DNA from: a virus
Virus record (IMG/VR): IMGVR_UViG_3300009506_000006
Coordinates: 1 to 40,170 of that record
Strand: one strand, 5' to 3'
Length of the DNA: 40,170 bases
Position numbers and translations under genes: made by a program. Of this stretch, positions 35,802-40,170 are shown in pieces. The notes beneath the pieces were generated by a model. The model saw only the letters and a program-made list of their open reading frames with translations, was not told the DNA's origin and did no database searches. Numbering within the stretch: position 1 is the first letter of the stretch; every line of letters starts with the position of its first letter.

Positions 35802-36581
35802 TTAGCTTGACCCATTAATGTAATCGAACAGCTCCTTGCCGATTGTGGTTTTGGTCACTTGCACGCCATTTGCACGTTGGCGCGCTTTCTTGACTGCCCG
35901 GATCAGTTTGTCGACTCGACCCAACAACACGGATTTTTCAGTCGGAGTGATCATGCCTGACCATTGCGCAGTGGTGTACTCGCCGACGTTCTGGGTTTCT
36001 TCCCACTTTTCAATCTGGGCCGGTAGGCTTTGGCCGCCCTCGCCTTCTTTCGGGAACTGAGCCGGTACGAGCACTTTGTGCTGAAACGTCTTGGACGTCT
36101 TGAAGGTCCTTTCTGGATAAACCCTGCGATACACATTGTCGCCAAGACCGGGATCCTTTTCCCATTTGATGGCAGGCGGCAATGTCGGAGCTTCCTCATA
36201 AACCTTGCGAATGTATTTGAGCTTGTTTTCGAGCCCAAGCAGGAATGTTGCCGGCATGTCTTTGGCAATAGTCACACCATCCACAATAATGTCGGCGACA
36301 GCCACCTGGTTGGTAGCTTCTTTCTGCAGCACCGCATCCAAATACCGCACGATGTGGTCCTGGGTATAAGCCAGCTTGCTTGGCACCGTGTCCACCAGCT
36401 CCTTGCGCTGCGGTGCCGGGGTTTCTTCCTTGCGGCTTTCGTCAAACAGATTGAGGGTCTTTTCAGCACCAAAGAAATGGTCGGATCTCTTGGTGAAAGT
36501 CACGATAGTTTCTTCAATGACTTTCTTGTACGTACCCTCCAGATCGCCTTCGACCGCTAACAGTTCATGCAATTTTGCCAT
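35802..36581 (-). CDS. Uncharacterised 259-aa protein immediately upstream of the tRNA-like RNA
   Basis: MAKLHELLAVE...AVKKARQRAN; SD GGAGG; mostly helical; no catalytic motif recognised. Confidence 0.85.
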   Translation of the reverse strand: MAKLHELLAVEGDLEGTYKKVIEETIVTFTKRSDHFFGAEKTLNLFDESRKEETPAPQRKELVDTVPSKLAYTQDHIVRYLDAVLQKEATNQVAVADIIVDGVTIAKDMPATFLLGLENKLKYIRKVYEEAPTLPPAIKWEKDPGLGDNVYRRVYPERTFKTSKTFQHKVLVPAQFPKEGEGGQSLPAQIEKWEETQNVGEYTTAQWSGMITPTEKSVLLGRVDKLIRAVKKARQRANGVQVTKTTIGKELFDYINGSS

Positions 36582-36663
36582 ACAGCACCTCCATAGATTT
36601 TTGTTAATTTATATCTTACCTAAAGTAATAAAATCAATGAAAAAACAACATATTTTCTTATTT

Positions 36664-36886
36664 TCACCAAATAAATATCCTGAAATTGCTATTAAAATTC
36701 TTTTCAGTAATAAGAATTTTTTGGATACGGTGACCAAGATTCAGTTCTATTTCGCCGACAATATTGAGCATCGAACGCAAAAATTCAGTTAAATAAAACT
36801 CATACAACCTGCCCTTTTCAAACTTACAACCAGATATTTTCCTTACAACCAGATATTTTCACATCTCGCAAACACAATACTTTCAT
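36664..36886 (-). pseudogene. Family B paralog frameshifted by a 19-bp tandem duplication
   Basis: cttacaaccagatattttc x2 (36823-36860); removing one copy gives a 67-aa ORF MKVLCLRD...FEKGRLY...NFRIFIW. Confidence 0.75.
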
Positions 36887-37230
36887 TTTATCAGCTTCTC
36901 GAGCTTCGCTTTCATGTCCTCCAAACTGTAATACACAAATACCAAAGCACCCGCGGCCTCCCACCGATCCATGCACTGCCGCTGCTTCGCCGTAGGCTTG
37001 TTTGGCCAAATCTTGCCTTCGATTTCGATCCTGCGCCCGGCAATGCAGCCGGTCACATCAGGCTCACCTCGCTGGCCAGGCCCTGCCCGGCGCTTTCTGG
37101 CATACGCATTTGGCAGTCCGCAGATATACTTTGCAACCTGGGCATTCAAGCTCGCTTCCTTACGTTTCATACCGTCTTCAAGCAGCTCAACCCAAGGCTT
37201 TTCAGTGCAATGCCATGTAATTATTCCCAC
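36883..37230 (-). CDS. VRR-NUC-like PD-(D/E)xK nuclease (possible resolvase); start uncertain
   Basis: GEPDV...IEIEGK...PTAKQ...WEAAG. Confidence 0.8.
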   Translation of the reverse strand: MGIITWHCTEKPWVELLEDGMKRKEASLNAQVAKYICGLPNAYARKRRAGPGQRGEPDVTGCIAGRRIEIEGKIWPNKPTAKQRQCMDRWEAAGALVFVYYSLEDMKAKLEKLIK

Positions 37231-37553
37231 GGCTTCTCCGATATTTCTGTCATAGCCCGATAAATATCCTCATCATCTTGTGGAATGGGATTCCACCCTA
37301 AAATTTTGAAATGCTTCTTAAAATCATCATAATCAACCCACCAAAAATCCCACGCGTCATTTTCATCAGCATCACGAAACCAAACGACACGATCACGATC
37401 ATATTTATCCTCGGGCTCAGCCCAATAGACATGAAACGCCTGATAACAACGTTCATTGCATAACGAATAACAGTCGCGTACACAAATAACTCGTGTTAGA
37501 CGCTTGTAAATTGTTTCAGGAAAATCATACAGTGGGTTCTTCTTTTTTGTCAT
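37221..37553 (-). CDS. Hypothetical protein, divergent family B
   Basis: VICVRD...WDFWWV...FKKHFKI. Confidence 0.72.
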   Translation of the reverse strand: MTKKKNPLYDFPETIYKRLTRVICVRDCYSLCNERCYQAFHVYWAEPEDKYDRDRVVWFRDADENDAWDFWWVDYDDFKKHFKILGWNPIPQDDEDIYRAMTEISEKPWE

Positions 37554-37852
37554 AATCCTTCATTATCCTTCATTATCCTGAAATGATGTTGAAATATACC
37601 TGAACTAAAAACTTGGAAATTATATCCGCTGTTATGGATACTCGTAGTGCCTTTCAGGGCTGGATGCCAGACTTCATATGTGTCATAACGCGCATTGCCA
37701 TAACACGCATTACAACGATCAGTATAACCAAAACACCAGTAACATTTCAACCGCTCAAAAAGTGTCTGGTAAGACCGAATACAAATCACTTTCACCATAG
37801 GCCGCATCAGGTCATCACATGGATGTGAACTTTCAAAATCCAAAACGACCAT
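37550..37852 (-). CDS. Hypothetical protein, divergent family B
   Basis: VICIRS...FQHHFRI. Confidence 0.68.
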   Translation of the reverse strand: MVVLDFESSHPCDDLMRPMVKVICIRSYQTLFERLKCYWCFGYTDRCNACYGNARYDTYEVWHPALKGTTSIHNSGYNFQVFSSGIFQHHFRIMKDNEGL

Positions 37853-38079
37853 TACGCAATCTCTCTGAAATATTGCCTATATTCGTCAAAATTAATCCAC
37901 CAGAAATCCCACGAACTATCCTGACGAAAGAACCACATCTTATAATCACCGCATAACCTGTTATACTCAAACAAAAAATGGCGACCCGGATAACAGACAA
38001 AAACAGGAGAAGAACCATGAATAGACAATTTTCTGATACAGACGGCTTTAATTGAACCAATCGGAGGACTGCACATCAC
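37852..38079 (-). CDS. Hypothetical protein, divergent family B
   Basis: AVCIRK...WDFWWI...YRQYFRE. Confidence 0.68.
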   Translation of the reverse strand: MMCSPPIGSIKAVCIRKLSIHGSSPVFVCYPGRHFLFEYNRLCGDYKMWFFRQDSSWDFWWINFDEYRQYFREIA

Positions 38080-38660
38080 AATTCCCCAAGCAGCCGGTAA
38101 TACAATTCACGGCATGCCCGTACATCCGCCAATGCGTCATGAGCATCCGCCAGCTTAACTCCAAACGCCTCGCACACCGTGGTTAGCTTCCAATTTGCCA
38201 GCCGCAGATTTTTTTTTAAGATCACAAAAGAAACAACCGATCTGACATCCAGGCTGCAGTTGAAAAACCAGCTGCCAAAATATTTGTCTCCGGATCGCTC
38301 GAAAGCCGAGCGTACGAATTCTATATCAAAATCCACACGATACCCGGCCGGTACGAACTTATCCATCGGATCGAACTTATTCACAAACCGCCCCATGTGT
38401 TTCTTGAGCTCATTCAAACCAATCTTAGCTGCCGGATACCGAACAATATCGTACACGCTTTTACCGTTTACCTCCATTGCGAGCTTTTCGACTTTGGCAT
38501 GATTGAACGGCCGTGTTTTAAACTGCAATTCAGCTGCAACCTTGCCGCCAATATCGATAATACCTGCAAATTGAATCATCGCATTTTGATACCCACACCC
38601 GGGACACTCAGCTCCGATCAGTCCGGTAGTCTCCGTGTCCATCCATAGGATCTTTCCCAT
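38076..38660 (-). CDS. DEDDh 3'-5' exonuclease (DnaQ-like)
   Basis: DTETTG, FDIEF, HDALAD motifs. Confidence 0.92.
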   Translation of the reverse strand: MGKILWMDTETTGLIGAECPGCGYQNAMIQFAGIIDIGGKVAAELQFKTRPFNHAKVEKLAMEVNGKSVYDIVRYPAAKIGLNELKKHMGRFVNKFDPMDKFVPAGYRVDFDIEFVRSAFERSGDKYFGSWFFNCSLDVRSVVSFVILKKNLRLANWKLTTVCEAFGVKLADAHDALADVRACRELYYRLLGEL

Positions 38661-38973
38661 GCGTAGCCTTTCCGCCTGGCCAGCTGCACTCGCCAACACA
38701 TTTGCTAACCCAGCTCTTCATGGTTGTGATCCCCGTCTTTGTGTCACGATACCACTTTCTCCGCGGGCAGGCATGATCCTGCCGATACACTGACCAGACG
38801 TTTTTCTGCACGGCCGCACAGACCACCTGATCATTAAATTCCACCGCCAGTTCACACGGCAGCCCGATGCACTCAACCACCGTATCTTCTTGGCATTTCT
38901 TGACTTCTTCAACGGTGCCGTCTGAATTATATTTTAATCGGATTCCTTCTGACATTGCTACCCCAACTTGCAC
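38608..38973 (-). CDS. Cys-rich hypothetical protein (start uncertain)
   Basis: Fills gap between helicase and exonuclease genes. Confidence 0.5.
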   Translation of the reverse strand: MQVGVAMSEGIRLKYNSDGTVEEVKKCQEDTVVECIGLPCELAVEFNDQVVCAAVQKNVWSVYRQDHACPRRKWYRDTKTGITTMKSWVSKCVGECSWPGGKATHGKDPMDGHGDYRTDRS

Positions 38974-40170
38974 GTGGATTCATGGCTTGTTGCAGTACGA
39001 CCAGCTCATTGCGCGTTCTTGTCGCGCCAACGTAATAAACGCGACAAATATCATCGCGGTTTTCACGCTTGCTGCAGCTTTTAGCTGCTTTAACCGAAAG
39101 ATCCGGCGCCATAATGACATTGTCTGCCTGCCCGCCTTTAACACTATGAATTGTCCCGATGATGCACTTAGGTGCTTCGTTTAACGCTTTAACTCCATAT
39201 TTCGCAGCAATTTGCATCGGAAATTCAAGCGTTCCCTTTTTACGAGTTTGCAAATTTTCGAGTAACCATTTTGTATCGCGGCGCAGCGCAGCTTCGACAG
39301 CGGGCGGATTCAAGATGTCTCCAATAACGTTGCGGCATGTTTTTAATTCCTCACCGCCCTCCGCTATTCTGCCTTCCAGATAATTAATGAGCGCCTTGCC
39401 TTGCTTGCGGATTAAACCGTTGTCGCCAACCATGACAAACTTAGCCCAATGCATAAATTGCTCGACAGTCCAGTAACCATTGTCCTCACCCATAGCAAGA
39501 AAATTGGCCAATAAATCACGCGCGGTGGTTTTATTCTTGCTGCCGCGCGCCAAAGGATTCCAATCAGCACGACGTTTGCGGTAAGGATTATGAAACGGTA
39601 TGGATTCTTTGATTAGGCATTGTTTAACCGGATCGAGCATGTAAGAACATGTTGCCAAAAACATTACGCTTTCGCCTGCCTGGGCATATCGCAGCATCAT
39701 GTCAACAATTTCATCGGCTTGCTTATAACTGTGCCTGCTTTTCAACACGGCACCCTGCACCACCGTTCCATTTGCCCGGCGCGGATAATAGATCTTATCG
39801 TGGCGCTCCATGACATAATGGATGACGTGCTGCGAATATTTGAGCACCTCAGCCGGAACTCTGTAAGACTGTTCCAAGACCATCGGCTCCTTCTTTTCGT
39901 AACCGCTCCTGGCAATAAACGCTTTTGGATCGGCTCCCATGAAAGAATAAATCGCCTGGTCGTCATCGCCGACAAGCACAAACCATTTTGTCATCAAGCC
40001 CCACGAGCGGATCAGCTTCAGCTGCAGCGGCGTCAGATCCTGAGCTTCATCCACAATGATGACACCAGGATTCCCTGGAGCATACTGCATGTTTTCGACG
40101 GCGTATTCGATCATGTCGGTAAAGTCGATGAAGTTGCATGACCGCTTAAATTCTTCCCACTTCTTATAAA
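38927..40170 (-). CDS. UvrD/Rep-like SF1 helicase (5' partial)
   Basis: Frame open to the window edge (IDFTDM); VDEAQD, VGDDDQAIYSF, QSYRVP, TIHSVKG, YVGATR motifs. Confidence 0.93.
   Translation of the reverse strand, partial: YKKWEEFKRSCNFIDFTDMIEYAVENMQYAPGNPGVIIVDEAQDLTPLQLKLIRSWGLMTKWFVLVGDDDQAIYSFMGADPKAFIARSGYEKKEPMVLEQSYRVPAEVLKYSQHVIHYVMERHDKIYYPRRANGTVVQGAVLKSRHSYKQADEIVDMMLRYAQAGESVMFLATCSYMLDPVKQCLIKESIPFHNPYRKRRADWNPLARGSKNKTTARDLLANFLAMGEDNGYWTVEQFMHWAKFVMVGDNGLIRKQGKALINYLEGRIAEGGEELKTCRNVIGDILNPPAVEAALRRDTKWLLENLQTRKKGTLEFPMQIAAKYGVKALNEAPKCIIGTIHSVKGGQADNVIMAPDLSVKAAKSCSKRENRDDICRVYYVGATRTRNELVVLQQAMNPRASWGSNVRRNPIKI

Overview
Part of a tailed dsDNA phage (Caudoviricetes) genome; no integrase or host core genes are visible. 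Left end: a head module split into divergent units (terS-terL-portal on +; scaffold, P22-type major capsid and further virion-like genes on -). 7.4-24.9 kb: a long minus-strand accessory region of small ORFs with three expanded paralog families, a MoxR-type AAA / VWA-metallopeptidase pair, a GGQ peptidyl-tRNA hydrolase and a tRNA-Gly. 25-34 kb: a block flanked by 75-bp and 22-bp tandem repeats, containing a Csx16-like fusion protein, micro-ORFs, SSB, RNase H and large structured intergenic regions. Right end: tRNA-Pro, nucleases and a partial UvrD-like helicase. Most notable: (1) a ~300-nt RNA with a circularly permuted tRNA-like domain (YrlA-like, internal CCA) directly behind an uncharacterised 259-aa gene, with no Ro60 gene in the window; (2) a small basic ORF with an in-frame TGA followed by a SECIS-like hairpin (candidate phage selenoprotein); (3) a ~440-nt multi-helix non-coding structure; (4) a phage-borne Csx16-like domain (candidate anti-type III CRISPR ring nuclease); (5) a gene array with near-identical junction sequences. 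All family assignments come from motif recognition by eye, not database searches.
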